Positions 26,491 to 35,226 of a stretch of DNA of 38,759 bases are shown piece by piece. Origin of the DNA: Escherichia phage mEpX2. The position numbers and the translations under genes were made by a program. The notes beneath the pieces are model-generated. The model saw only the letters and a list, made by a program, of their open reading frames with translations, had not been told where the DNA came from and ran no database searches. The stretch's first letter is position 1; every line of letters starts with the position of its first letter. The stretch lies in sequence record NC_019705.1. One strand, written 5' to 3'.

Positions 26491-26577
26491 GAATACTGTA
26501 GGTATTTTATTGTGTAAATACCCAAGGTATTTATTTTTGATGAAATAATGATAAGCAAATGAATACAAAGGATATTT
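26491..26577. promoter_or_regulatory. OL operator cluster / pL region
   Basis: Three palindromes AATAC-N5-GTATT (26492-26506, 26517-26531, imperfect 26562-26576) in AT-rich DNA between rex-position gene and N. Confidence 0.6.
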
Positions 26578-26662
26578 ATTTTTTCGGTGTCTGCTTGTTC
26601 AGTGCTTTTTATGCGGGATATGTGAAGTGGATCCCGATAGCTATTGCTGCCGGGATTATAGG

Positions 26663-27052
26663 TTAGTCAGCGAAGGTTAAGACGAGAATTACCTTAATGA
26701 TGTCTGCTACAACAGACACGGCCATAGATAAACCAAAGACGATCCAAGCCACAGTGATGTCTTCACTACCATCGTATAGAGTTCCGTAATCACTGGTGTA
26801 AGGCGTAAATGTCGCGCCTTGATACAATAGGTATAAGCTTGATCCATAGAGGATAAATGCAGATATCCCTTGTATTGCTATGATCACCAGAATCATGAAA
26901 CGAGCTGATCTATGCGCCCAAGCCTGGCTTATTTTTTCTGATAGAGATTTCGCAATAAAAGCATGCGCTAAGCCGTAAATTGTCGAGATTGCCAACATCC
27001 CAAAAAAGCTTGCTATAGCGGTTCCAACCATAATCGCCCCTTGCGTGATCAA
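26663..27052 (-). CDS. small integral membrane protein co-transcribed with repressor (rex/sie-position)
   Basis: 129-aa ORF with three predicted hydrophobic helices; start overlaps cI stop codon; located between cI and OL/pL. Confidence 0.6.
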   Translation of the reverse strand: MITQGAIMVGTAIASFFGMLAISTIYGLAHAFIAKSLSEKISQAWAHRSARFMILVIIAIQGISAFILYGSSLYLLYQGATFTPYTSDYGTLYDGSEDITVAWIVFGLSMAVSVVADIIKVILVLTFAD

Positions 27053-27765
27053 ACCAGCCTTAGTTTTGTCTCAATTGCAACGCCTATAATCTTGCAGTTT
27101 CCATTGATTGGCACGAGAGGCCATGCAGGATTAAGTCCCTTGAGGTATTTATTTCCGCCGTCGATTATCAGCTTCTTGAATGTTGCTTCGTTAGAGTCAG
27201 AAAGTTTTGCTATGACCAAGCTGCCGTTGATCGCCTCCCTTCCGGTATCGAAAAGAACGAATGTTCCCTCTGGAATGCTTAACCCAACCGGTGCCGTCAT
27301 TGAATCACCTTCCACTTTAAGCCAGAACGCATTACCTTGAATATGCGCGTCAGACTCAAGCCAAACATCTATGTCTTTAATGGTGTATGGTTCGCATGCT
27401 TCACACCACGAGCCAGCCTGGATACTGCTTAACACCGGATACCTCTTTCCTGCTCTGTATTCCCCTGCATACCTTACGTTGGCATCGCTCTTAAGGCTTT
27501 CTGCCTGTTCTGCAACCTTGGCAGCAATTGACTGGCTAAAATCAGCAATTGAGACTTGCAACAGCCGTGCAAAACCAGATGCAACCTCAACGTTTAGCGC
27601 GTTTCTGCCATTAAGATAATGCCCTACCGCTCCTTGGGTGATACCCAGTTCATCAGCGATTGAGTATTGGGTTATTCCCAATTCTTTCTTTTTTGACTCA
27701 TACAAAGCCTTAAGCCGCTTAGCGTCTTCGAGCTGTTCTGTCGTCAGTGATTTTTTATTTTCCAT
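27049..27765 (-). CDS. cI: CI-like repressor (HTH + S24 LexA-type peptidase domain)
   Basis: 238-aa ORF with N-terminal HTH, Ala-Gly cleavage site and GDSM...K Ser/Lys dyad; divergent from cro across operators. Confidence 0.9.
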   Translation of the reverse strand: MENKKSLTTEQLEDAKRLKALYESKKKELGITQYSIADELGITQGAVGHYLNGRNALNVEVASGFARLLQVSIADFSQSIAAKVAEQAESLKSDANVRYAGEYRAGKRYPVLSSIQAGSWCEACEPYTIKDIDVWLESDAHIQGNAFWLKVEGDSMTAPVGLSIPEGTFVLFDTGREAINGSLVIAKLSDSNEATFKKLIIDGGNKYLKGLNPAWPLVPINGNCKIIGVAIETKLRLV

Positions 27766-27800
27766 AGCTTAATTCTAATAGCTAAGGTACTTAAACTAAA

Positions 27801-27841
27801 AATACCCTGAGTATTGATTGCTTTGAATACCTGTAGTATTC
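27801..27841. promoter_or_regulatory. OR operators / pR-pRM region
   Basis: Palindromes AATACCCTGAGTATT (27801-27815) and GAATACCTGTAGTATTC (27825-27841) between divergent cI and cro. Confidence 0.65.
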
Positions 27842-27871
27842 TTTGTTCATGGTTAATAACGGAGAGTGCAT

Positions 27872-28066
27872 ATGATTCGAATGACACTTGCCGATTACGC
27901 CAAAATCCATGGACAGGCTAAAGCAGCCAGTGACTTTGGTGTAATCCAGTGCGCTATCAGCAAGGCCATTCTGGCAGGCCGTAACATTATGGTTACGGTA
28001 AAGCCTGATGGCAGTGTGATTGGAGAGGAAGTTCGTCCTTTCCCAAGCAACAAGAAAAACAAATAG
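27872..28066 (+). CDS. cro: Cro repressor
   Basis: 64-aa ORF with SD GGAGAG; resembles lambda Cro (TL.DYA...GQ.K.A.D.GV.Q.AI.KA...GR, C-terminal PFPSNKK). Confidence 0.85.
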   Translation: MIRMTLADYAKIHGQAKAASDFGVIQCAISKAILAGRNIMVTVKPDGSVIGEEVRPFPSNKKNK

Positions 28067-28072
28067 TAACAC

Positions 28073-28117
28073 CGCTCTTTAACAGTCATGGTCCTCATTC
28101 CCGCCGAAATGCGGGAA
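28073..28117 (+). promoter_or_regulatory. nutR (boxA CGCTCTTTAACA plus boxB hairpin)
   Basis: boxA at 28073-28084; boxB TTCCCGC-CGAAAT-GCGGGAA at 28098-28117, between cro and cII. Confidence 0.65.
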
Positions 28118-28174
28118 TACAACGCGCATAAGTTGATGCGCATAACTTCTTATTAGTTAAGGAAATACTTACAT

Positions 28175-28453
28175 ATGCAACTTACAAGTACTCGCAAGAA
28201 AGCGAATGCAATTACAAGCAACATCCTGAATCGAATTGCTGTACGTGGTCAGCGAAAGGTTGCCGACGCGTTAGGGATTAATGAATCGCAAATTTCGCGA
28301 TGGAAAGATAGCTTCATCCCCAAAATGGGAATGCTTCTGGCTGTTCTTGAATGGGGTGTTGAAGACGAGGAGTTGGCGGAACTGGCTAAGAAAGTAGCCA
28401 GAATGCTGACAAAAGAAAAAGCCCCGAAGAACGGCGAATTCTTCGAGGCCTGA
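28175..28453 (+). CDS. cII: CII-like transcriptional activator
   Basis: 92-aa ORF; motif SQISRWK...IPKxxMLLAVLEWGV matches remembered lambda CII. Confidence 0.8.
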   Translation: MQLTSTRKKANAITSNILNRIAVRGQRKVADALGINESQISRWKDSFIPKMGMLLAVLEWGVEDEELAELAKKVARMLTKEKAPKNGEFFEA

Positions 28454-28487
28454 TGTAGAAAGACTGGATCAATCCACAGGAGTAATT

Positions 28488-28649
28488 ATGACAAAACGTC
28501 GTAAGAAATACCAGGAAAAAGAAGAGATTCGACACCCTGATTCACCTGAGGGATTAGTGGTAGCCGCAGCAAATAACAGGGCGTTCGCAGAGCGCCTTGT
28601 TGGTGTTTACAGACTAGCCAAAGCAGGAGTGAAACATGGGCGTCGTTAA
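28488..28649 (+). CDS. hypothetical small basic protein
   Basis: 53-aa ORF below track cutoff; SD AGGAG 7 nt upstream; stop overlaps start of replication initiator. Confidence 0.3.
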   Translation: MTKRRKKYQEKEEIRHPDSPEGLVVAAANNRAFAERLVGVYRLAKAGVKHGRR

Positions 28650-29526
28650 GTTAGCTGATTACAGGCATAACCCTGTACAACATCAGGAGGCATCCAGTAT
28701 GGGGTATGTCTCTATACACCGCCAGTTTATGGACAGCAGGCTCTATAAGGACTCTCAGGCAGTACATCTTTGGCTTCACTTAATCCTCAAGGCTAATCAC
28801 AAATCTACTGTCGTCAATACGGATATCGGGCCGATAACTGTTGATCGCGGTCAGATGATAACTGGACGCCCGTCGCTGGTCAGAGAAACATTCATCCCCG
28901 ACAACAAAGTTCGGAGCTTATTACGGACTTTTGAGTCGAAAGGGATGCTTAATATTTGCTCGATGGGGAAGAAATTTAGCCTGTTTACAATCGTTAAATA
29001 TGACGATTTTCAGGCAAAAAATTGTCCAACGGTTGTCCAACGGTTGTCCAACGCAAACACCAGTAATGGCGCGGCTCTCAGCGGAGATTGTCCAACGGTT
29101 GTCCAACAGTTGTCCATAAACAATAATATAAATAATATCTCTAATACTGACGTATTAGAGAGTGCTACAGCAGACAAAAAGTCTGACAAGAAAAAACCTT
29201 CCGTCAGCTGTCAGGATGTTGTCGATGCTTACCACGAAATCCTTCCTGAAGCGCCAAGAATCCGCGCACTGAATGACAAGCGTAAAAACCAGATCCGAAC
29301 GTTCTGGCGCAAAGCCGGAGTGATAACCCGCCAGCTTGACGGGCATGGGTTCACGATGCAGGACTGGAGAAATTATTTGAGCTACGTAGGCGAAAATTGC
29401 CGATGGATGTTCGAAGAACGCCCAAACCATCAACGCGGAACCGTCTGGCACAAAAAGGGATTTGATTTCCTGCTTAACGACAATACCTACCTGAAAGTTC
29501 GTGAGGGTGAACACGATGACCGATAA
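28636..29526 (+). CDS. replication initiation protein (O-like)
   Basis: 296-aa ORF containing internal origin iterons, followed by helicase gene. Confidence 0.75.
   Translation: MGVVKLADYRHNPVQHQEASSMGYVSIHRQFMDSRLYKDSQAVHLWLHLILKANHKSTVVNTDIGPITVDRGQMITGRPSLVRETFIPDNKVRSLLRTFESKGMLNICSMGKKFSLFTIVKYDDFQAKNCPTVVQRLSNANTSNGAALSGDCPTVVQQLSINNNINNISNTDVLESATADKKSDKKKPSVSCQDVVDAYHEILPEAPRIRALNDKRKNQIRTFWRKAGVITRQLDGHGFTMQDWRNYLSYVGENCRWMFEERPNHQRGTVWHKKGFDFLLNDNTYLKVREGEHDDR
29032..29128. repeat. replication origin iterons (6 x TTGTCCAACGG-like, 11-bp period) with adjacent AT-rich segment
   Basis: Two clusters of three tandem 11-mers at 29032-29064 and 29098-29128 inside O-like gene, then AT-rich 29129-29160. 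Confidence 0.7.
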
Positions 29527-30952
29527 TTTTTATGCGCCGCCCCATAGCATCGAGGCAGAGCAGGCGGTGATTGGTGGATTGCTTCTGGATGATGACAGCA
29601 GTGAGCGCGTCCAGAAGGTTCTGGCGATGCTGAAGCCTGACTCATTTTACAGCCGGCCACACAAAATCCTTTTCGAAGAAATAACCAGAATGCACCGTGA
29701 GCAAAAGCCAGTAGATGGCCTGACGCTTTTCGATGAACTGGAGCGTAAATCGTTAACGGCGTCTGTTGGCGGTTTTGCTTATATCGCTGAGATCGCAAAG
29801 AACACGCCAAGCGCAGCAAACATCGTTGCCTATGCAATGCAGGTTCGTGAAACCGCAATGGAACGCTACGCCATCAACCGCATGACTGAAGCGACGGAAT
29901 TGCTCTATTCCCGCAACGGAATGACTGCAACGCAGAAGTACGAAGCTATTCAGGCGATTTTCACGCAACTGACAGACCATGCAAAAACCGGATCGCGTCG
30001 CGGCCTTCGCTCATTTGGTGAGGTCATGGAAGACTGGGTTAGCGACCTTGAGAAGCGATTTGACCCGTCAGGCGAACAACGAGGAATGAGCACAGGGATC
30101 CCATCGCTGGACAGGATGCTGTCACCGAAAGGTCTGGTGAAAGGCTCTCTGTTTGTCATTGGCGCTCGCCCTAAGATGGGGAAAACGACGCTATACAGCC
30201 AGATGGCAATCAATTGCGCAGTGCATGAGAAAAAGCCCGCTCTGATGTTCAGCCTTGAAATGCCAGGTGATCAGATACTGGAAAAACTGGTAGGGCAGAA
30301 GTCTGGTGTTAACCCGAATATTTTTTACCTTCCGGCGACAAATGACGCTGATGACGGCTATCAGGGTGATTACGATGGTGACTTCAACAGGGCGATCGAA
30401 ACAGCCAATCGCTTGAGTGAAATCGACCTGCTTTATATCGACGACACGCCGGGATTATCTCTGGCTCAAATCGTCAGCGAAAGCCGTCGAATCAAGCGAG
30501 AAAAAGGATGTGTTGGGATGATTCTGGTCGATTACCTGACACTAATGACCGCTGAGAAAGCCGATCGTAACGACCTTGCTTACGGCATGATCACCAAAGG
30601 ACTGAAGAACCTTGCCAAAGAGCTTGATTGCGTTGTTGTGCTTCTGACGCAGCTTAACCGCGCACTGGAAAGCCGAACCAATAAACGCCCATTACCAAGT
30701 GACTCGCGCGATACAGGGCAGATTGAACAGGATTGCGATTATTGGGTGGGGATCCATCGTGAAGGTGCTTTTGATGACAGCGTTCCTCCTGGTGAAACCG
30801 AACTAATCCTTCGCCTCAATCGTCATGGCAATACCGGCACGGTGTATTGCATTCAGGCAAATGGCGCTATTTATGACACAGACCAACAGTCTGCTGAAAT
30901 GCGCCGCCGTGAACGAGAGGAACCGCAGTCCAAGAAGAAAGGAGGATTCTGA
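29516..30952 (+). CDS. replicative DNA helicase (DnaB family)
   Basis: 478-aa ORF with Walker A GARPKMGKT and DnaB-like N-terminal domain; ATG overlaps O stop. Confidence 0.85.
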   Translation: MTDNFYAPPHSIEAEQAVIGGLLLDDDSSERVQKVLAMLKPDSFYSRPHKILFEEITRMHREQKPVDGLTLFDELERKSLTASVGGFAYIAEIAKNTPSAANIVAYAMQVRETAMERYAINRMTEATELLYSRNGMTATQKYEAIQAIFTQLTDHAKTGSRRGLRSFGEVMEDWVSDLEKRFDPSGEQRGMSTGIPSLDRMLSPKGLVKGSLFVIGARPKMGKTTLYSQMAINCAVHEKKPALMFSLEMPGDQILEKLVGQKSGVNPNIFYLPATNDADDGYQGDYDGDFNRAIETANRLSEIDLLYIDDTPGLSLAQIVSESRRIKREKGCVGMILVDYLTLMTAEKADRNDLAYGMITKGLKNLAKELDCVVVLLTQLNRALESRTNKRPLPSDSRDTGQIEQDCDYWVGIHREGAFDDSVPPGETELILRLNRHGNTGTVYCIQANGAIYDTDQQSAEMRRREREEPQSKKKGGF

Positions 30953-31221
30953 TGAATAAAAAACAATTAGCCATTCTCGAAAAGGCATGGGATGCACAAA
31001 TATCATGCGCTTTGAAAGAACAGGCACTACCAATAATCCAGACCAAATCGAAAATAGCCAGGCAGTTATGCGATGACGGATTCCTGAACGAAGTTGAGAT
31101 TACGCACCAGATGGTAACGTTCAAAGGGTATGAGATAAATCATCATGGTATAGCGGCGTATTGCTCCCATCTTCCTGATGACGTTGACATTGATGAAATG
31201 GAAAGGGAGATGAAGCAATGA
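30952..31221 (+). CDS. hypothetical protein
   Basis: 89-aa ORF coupled to helicase stop. Confidence 0.5.
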   Translation: MNKKQLAILEKAWDAQISCALKEQALPIIQTKSKIARQLCDDGFLNEVEITHQMVTFKGYEINHHGIAAYCSHLPDDVDIDEMEREMKQ

Positions 31222-31240
31222 TCATCTACATCACTGAGCT

Positions 31241-31274
31241 TGTAACAGGCCTGCTGGTAATCGCAGGCCTTTTT
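31241..31274 (+). terminator. tR2-like intrinsic terminator
   Basis: GGCCTGC-loop-GCAGGCC hairpin followed by TTTTTATTT, upstream of ninB. Confidence 0.55.
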
Positions 31275-31294
31275 ATTTGGGGGAGAGGGAAGTC

Positions 31295-31735
31295 ATGAAA
31301 AAACTAACCTTTGAAATTCGATCTCCGGCACATCAGCAAAACGCTATTCACGCGGTACAGCAAATCCTTCCAGACCCAACCAAGCCAATCGTAGTGATCA
31401 TTCAGGAGCGCAACCGCAGCTTAGACCAAAACAGGAAGCTATGGGCCTGCTTAGGTGACGTCTCTCGTCAGGTTGAATGGCATGGTCGCTGGCTGGATGC
31501 AGAAAGCTGGAAGTGTGTGTTTACCGCAGCATTAAAGCAGCAGGATGTTGTTCCTAACCTTGCCGGAAATGGCTTTGTGGTAATAGGCCAGTCAACCAGC
31601 AGGATGCGTGTAAGCGAATTTGCGGAGTTATTAGAGCTTATACAGGCATTCGGTACAGAGCGTGGCGTTAAGTGGTCAGACGAAGCGCGACTGGCTCTGG
31701 AGTGGAAAGCAAGATGGGGAGACAGGGCAGCATGA
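31295..31735 (+). CDS. ninB: NinB recombination protein
   Basis: 146-aa ORF, position and length as lambda NinB. Confidence 0.75.
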   Translation: MKKLTFEIRSPAHQQNAIHAVQQILPDPTKPIVVIIQERNRSLDQNRKLWACLGDVSRQVEWHGRWLDAESWKCVFTAALKQQDVVPNLAGNGFVVIGQSTSRMRVSEFAELLELIQAFGTERGVKWSDEARLALEWKARWGDRAA

Positions 31736-31983
31736 TGCGATGTTATCGGTGCGGTGAATGCAAAGAAGATAACCGCTTCCGACCAAATCAACCTTACTGG
31801 AATCGATGGTGTCTCCGGTGTGAAAGAACACCAACAGGGGTGTTACCACTACCGCAGGAAAAGGAGGACGTGTGGCGAGACAGCGACGAAGTATCACCGA
31901 CATCATCTGCGAAAACTGCAAATACCTTCCAACGAAACGCTCCAGAAATAAACGCAAGCCAATTCCAAAAGAATCTGACGTAA
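31732..31983 (+). CDS. hypothetical zinc-ribbon protein
   Basis: 83-aa ORF with CxxC...CxxC; ATGA overlap with ninB stop. Confidence 0.5.
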
Positions 31984-32050
31984 AAACCTTCAACTACACG
32001 GCTCACCTGTGGGATATCCGGTGGCTAAGACATCGTGCGAGGAAATGACA

Positions 32051-32452
32051 ATGCTTTTAATTCAACCTGGATTTGGCCTTAGCATCAAAAAAGGGCACAT
32101 GTTTGGCGAGAAAGAGTCTCAACGAAAAATGGTGTCTATCCAGTTGCCATTTATCAGTATTTTATGGCTAAACAGGGAGGCAACAAATTATTGGTATACA
32201 TGCGCCAGAGCAGCATTTAACGACCCTGACTGGTTTGTGGAAAACCACCACGCAGTTCGTCAGGCAAAGAGAAAGGCCAATACGACATACATGAAGGCGT
32301 ATCGAAAAGCATGGAAAGAACACCGCGATCGATACCAACAAGACATGGAAAAACTTGAATCAGAAAACATGGAATTAAGACGAAAGCTTGGTGAAGCAAA
32401 ACGAGACATTGATGCTTACAAGCGACTTTTTAATGGTGAAAGCCATGCTTAG
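32051..32452 (+). CDS. hypothetical protein with basic coiled-coil C-terminus
   Basis: 133-aa ORF; start choice uncertain (32009/32045/32051). Confidence 0.45.
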   Translation: MLLIQPGFGLSIKKGHMFGEKESQRKMVSIQLPFISILWLNREATNYWYTCARAAFNDPDWFVENHHAVRQAKRKANTTYMKAYRKAWKEHRDRYQQDMEKLESENMELRRKLGEAKRDIDAYKRLFNGESHA

Positions 32453-32621
32453 CCCATCCCAATCCCTTCAATACCAGAAAGAAAGCGTCGAGCGAGCTTT
32501 AACGTGCGCTAACTGCGGTCAGAAGCTGCATATGCTGGAAGTTCACGTGTGCTCCGATTGCTGCGCAGAGCTGATGAGCGATCCGAATAGCTCAATGTAC
32601 GAGGAAGAAGACGATGAATGA
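32445..32621 (+). CDS. NinF-like zinc-binding protein
   Basis: 58-aa ORF MLSPSQSLQYQKESVERALTCANCGQKLH... matching remembered lambda NinF. Confidence 0.6.
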   Translation: MLSPSQSLQYQKESVERALTCANCGQKLHMLEVHVCSDCCAELMSDPNSSMYEEEDDE

Positions 32622-33339
32622 GTTAATAAATGGCAATGCCATCAAAATGACAAGCATTGAAATCGCTGAGTTGGTAGAAAGCCGCCATAGCAATGTAAAA
32701 GTATCCATAGATAGATTGGTGAAACGTGGCGTTATCAAGCCTCCTGCATTGCAGCACACTAACATAATCAATGATTTATGTGTTATTACCGGGAAGCGTG
32801 ATTTCTACGTCTTCGAGGGCGAACAAGGAAAGCGAGACAGCATTATTGTCGTCGCCCAATTGTCGCCAGAGTTCACCGCTCGCCTTGTTGACCGTTGGCG
32901 AGAGCTTGAAGAAGCTGCGGTTAATATCCCCAAAACGCTACCGGAAGCGTTGCGCCTTGCTGCTGATCTTGCTGAGCAGAAAATGCAACTGGAAAACCAG
33001 CTTGCAATTGCCGCACCTAAAGTTGAGTTTGCCGATCGCGTTGGCGAGGCCAGCGGAATTTTGATTGGAAACTTTGCAAAGGTTGTTGGTATTGGTCAAA
33101 ACAAACTGTTTGCGTGGATGCGCGATCACAAAATCCTTATTGCTTCAGGTTCCCGGCGCAATGTGCCAATGCAGGAATATATGGATCGCGGCTATTTCAC
33201 AGTGAAAGAAACAGCGGTCAACACAAATCACGGAATACAGATATCGTTCACCACAAAAATCACCGGGCGTGGCCAACAGTGTCTGACCAGAAAGCTGCTC
33301 GATAACGGAATGCTGAAAGTAACAGGGGAGGCTGCTTAA
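32614..33339 (+). CDS. phage antirepressor-type protein (Rha N-terminal + KilA-C/ANT C-terminal)
   Basis: 241-aa ORF; N-terminal MTSIEIAEL...H.NV Rha-like signature. Confidence 0.65.
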   Translation: MNELINGNAIKMTSIEIAELVESRHSNVKVSIDRLVKRGVIKPPALQHTNIINDLCVITGKRDFYVFEGEQGKRDSIIVVAQLSPEFTARLVDRWRELEEAAVNIPKTLPEALRLAADLAEQKMQLENQLAIAAPKVEFADRVGEASGILIGNFAKVVGIGQNKLFAWMRDHKILIASGSRRNVPMQEYMDRGYFTVKETAVNTNHGIQISFTTKITGRGQQCLTRKLLDNGMLKVTGEAA

Positions 33340-33629
33340 TGGCTAACCTACGCAAAGAAGCGCGCGGAAGAGAATGTCAGGTACGTATTTACGGCGTATG
33401 CAATGGCAACCCTGAAACTACGGTTCTGGCACATTACCGGATGGCTGGAATTTGCGGAACTGGAATGAAGCCTGACGACCTGATCGGTGCATGGGCTTGT
33501 AGCGACTGCCACGCGGAGATCGACCGACGCACCCATAACCTCGACAACAAAGACGCCAGACTTTACCACCTCGAAGGCGTGATCAGGACGCAGGCGATAC
33601 TGCTGAAGGAGGGGAAGATTAAACCATGA
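33339..33629 (+). CDS. YbcO-like putative nuclease (DUF1364)
   Basis: 96-aa ORF with RGRECQVRI...CSDCHAEIDRR cysteine/histidine pattern. Confidence 0.6.
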   Translation: MANLRKEARGRECQVRIYGVCNGNPETTVLAHYRMAGICGTGMKPDDLIGAWACSDCHAEIDRRTHNLDNKDARLYHLEGVIRTQAILLKEGKIKP

Positions 33630-33988
33630 ACGAATATCAGTTTGTGCTTCCATACCCGCCGTCGCTGAATACCTACTGGAGAAGACGGGGAAGCCAATAC
33701 TACATCAGCGATAAAGGCCAGAAATACCGAAAAGACGTTCAGCAAATCATCCGCCAACTCAAGTTAGATATTTTCACCAAATCACGGCTCCGTATCAAAG
33801 TCATCGCAGACGTTCCAGACTCCCGCCGCCGCGACCTCGACAACATCCTGAAAGGTTTACTCGACTCCCTTATCCACGCCGGATTTGCGGAAGACGACGA
33901 GCAATTCGATGACATTCGCGTAATTCGTGGCGTGAAAGTACCAGGCGGAAGGCTTGGAATAAAAATCACCGAGCTGGAGAACGTATGA
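33626..33988 (+). CDS. rusA: Holliday junction resolvase RusA
   Basis: 120-aa ORF with RRRDLDN motif. Confidence 0.85.
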   Translation: MNEYQFVLPYPPSLNTYWRRRGSQYYISDKGQKYRKDVQQIIRQLKLDIFTKSRLRIKVIADVPDSRRRDLDNILKGLLDSLIHAGFAEDDEQFDDIRVIRGVKVPGGRLGIKITELENV

Positions 33989-34173
33989 ACGCCACAATTC
34001 AAACGATACCAGAGCTTCTTATCCAGACACGAGGCAATCAGACCGAAGTGGCGAGGATGCTTTCCTGCGCAAGAGGAACAGTGCTCAAGTACAACCGAGA
34101 CAGCAAAGGTGAGCGTCACGTAATAGTTAACGGCGTCCTGATGGTCAAACAGGGCAAGAGGGGAAGACCATGA
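33985..34173 (+). CDS. NinH-like protein
   Basis: 62-aa ORF with GNQTEVARML.C.RGTV.KY motif, directly upstream of Q. Confidence 0.6.
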   Translation: MNATIQTIPELLIQTRGNQTEVARMLSCARGTVLKYNRDSKGERHVIVNGVLMVKQGKRGRP

Positions 34174-34793
34174 GACTCGAAAGCGTAGCTAAATTTCATT
34201 CGCCAAAAAGCCCGATGATGAGCGACTCACCACGGGCCACGGCTTCTGACTCTCTTTCCGGTACTGATGTGATGGCTGCTATGGGGATGGCGCAATCACA
34301 AGCCGGATTCGGAATGGCTGCATTCTGTGGTAAGCACGAACTCAGCCAGAACGACAAACAAAAGGCTATCAACTATCTGATGCAATTTGCACACAAGGTA
34401 TCGGGGAAATACCGTGGTGTGGCAAAGCTTGAAGGAAATACTAAGGCAAAGGTACTGCAAGTGCTCGCAACATTCGCTTATGCGGATTATTGCCGTAGTG
34501 CCGCGACGCCGGGGGCAAGATGCAGAGATTGCCACGGTACAGGCCGTGCGGTTGATATAGCCAAAACAGAGCAGTGGGGGAGAGTTGTTGAGAAAGAGTG
34601 CGGAAGATGTAAAGGCGTCGGCTATTCAAGGATGCCAGCAAGCGCCGCATATCGCGCTGTAACGACGCTAATCCCAAACCTTACTCAACCCACCTGGTCA
34701 CGCACTGTTAAGCCGCTGTATGACGCTCTGGTGGTGCAATGCCACAAGGAAGAGTCAATTGCAGACAACATTTTGAACACGGTCACACGTTAG
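34170..34793 (+). CDS. Q: late gene antiterminator Q (lambda-type)
   Basis: 207-aa ORF with CxxC zinc motifs, upstream of pR' and lysis genes. Confidence 0.85.
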   Translation: MRLESVAKFHSPKSPMMSDSPRATASDSLSGTDVMAAMGMAQSQAGFGMAAFCGKHELSQNDKQKAINYLMQFAHKVSGKYRGVAKLEGNTKAKVLQVLATFAYADYCRSAATPGARCRDCHGTGRAVDIAKTEQWGRVVEKECGRCKGVGYSRMPASAAYRAVTTLIPNLTQPTWSRTVKPLYDALVVQCHKEESIADNILNTVTR

Positions 34794-34835
34794 CAGCATG
34801 ATTGCCACGGATGGCAACATCTTTACGGCATGATA

Positions 34836-34864
34836 TTGACTTTTTGAATAAAGTTGGGTAAATT
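34836..34864 (+). promoter_or_regulatory. late promoter pR' (-35 TTGACT, 17-bp spacer, -10 TAAATT)
   Basis: Consensus-like sigma70 elements downstream of Q. Confidence 0.6.
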
Positions 34865-34901
34865 TGACATCAACGATGGATAAATGCACTCGTTAAATAA
34901 A

Positions 34902-34930
34902 GCCCTGAGTTAATAGCTCGGGGCTTTTTG
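34902..34930 (+). terminator. tR'-like intrinsic terminator
   Basis: AGCCCTGAG-TTAATA-CTCGGGGCT hairpin followed by TTTTTGCGTTTT about 35 nt downstream of predicted pR' start. Confidence 0.5.
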
Positions 34931-35226
34931 CGTTTTAAGCGCGGCCTTTCTGAAAGCACATCAAACCAAATACCAGACAGACAATACCCTCACCTTATCC
35001 GCTGTGGCTACGGTGCGGTGTGCTTTGTATAAAAGAAAACTAGCTCAATGTCTGGCTTCGTGAAAGCGGGTGGCAGGAGGTTGCGCTAACAACCTCATGC
35101 CGTTTTGCCCGTGCATATCGGTCACGAACAAATCTGATTACTAAACACAGTAGCCTGGATTTGTTCTATCAGTAATCGACCTTATTCCTAATTAAATAGA
35201 GCAAATCCCCTTATTGGGGGTAAGAC

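Noticed and set aside
26311-26517. 68-aa plus-strand ORF in the pL/nutL region
   Set aside because: Runs antisense through nutL and the OL operators; region is better explained as regulatory DNA.
29032-29128. Possible CRISPR-like repeat array
   Set aside because: Units are 11 bp, contiguous without spacers and lie inside the replication initiator gene; they are origin iterons.
31218-31298. 26-codon hydrophobic mini-ORF between the 89-aa ORF and ninB
   Set aside because: Its sequence is mostly the stem-loop and U-tract of the tR2-like terminator (31241-31274); more likely an RNA structure than a peptide gene.
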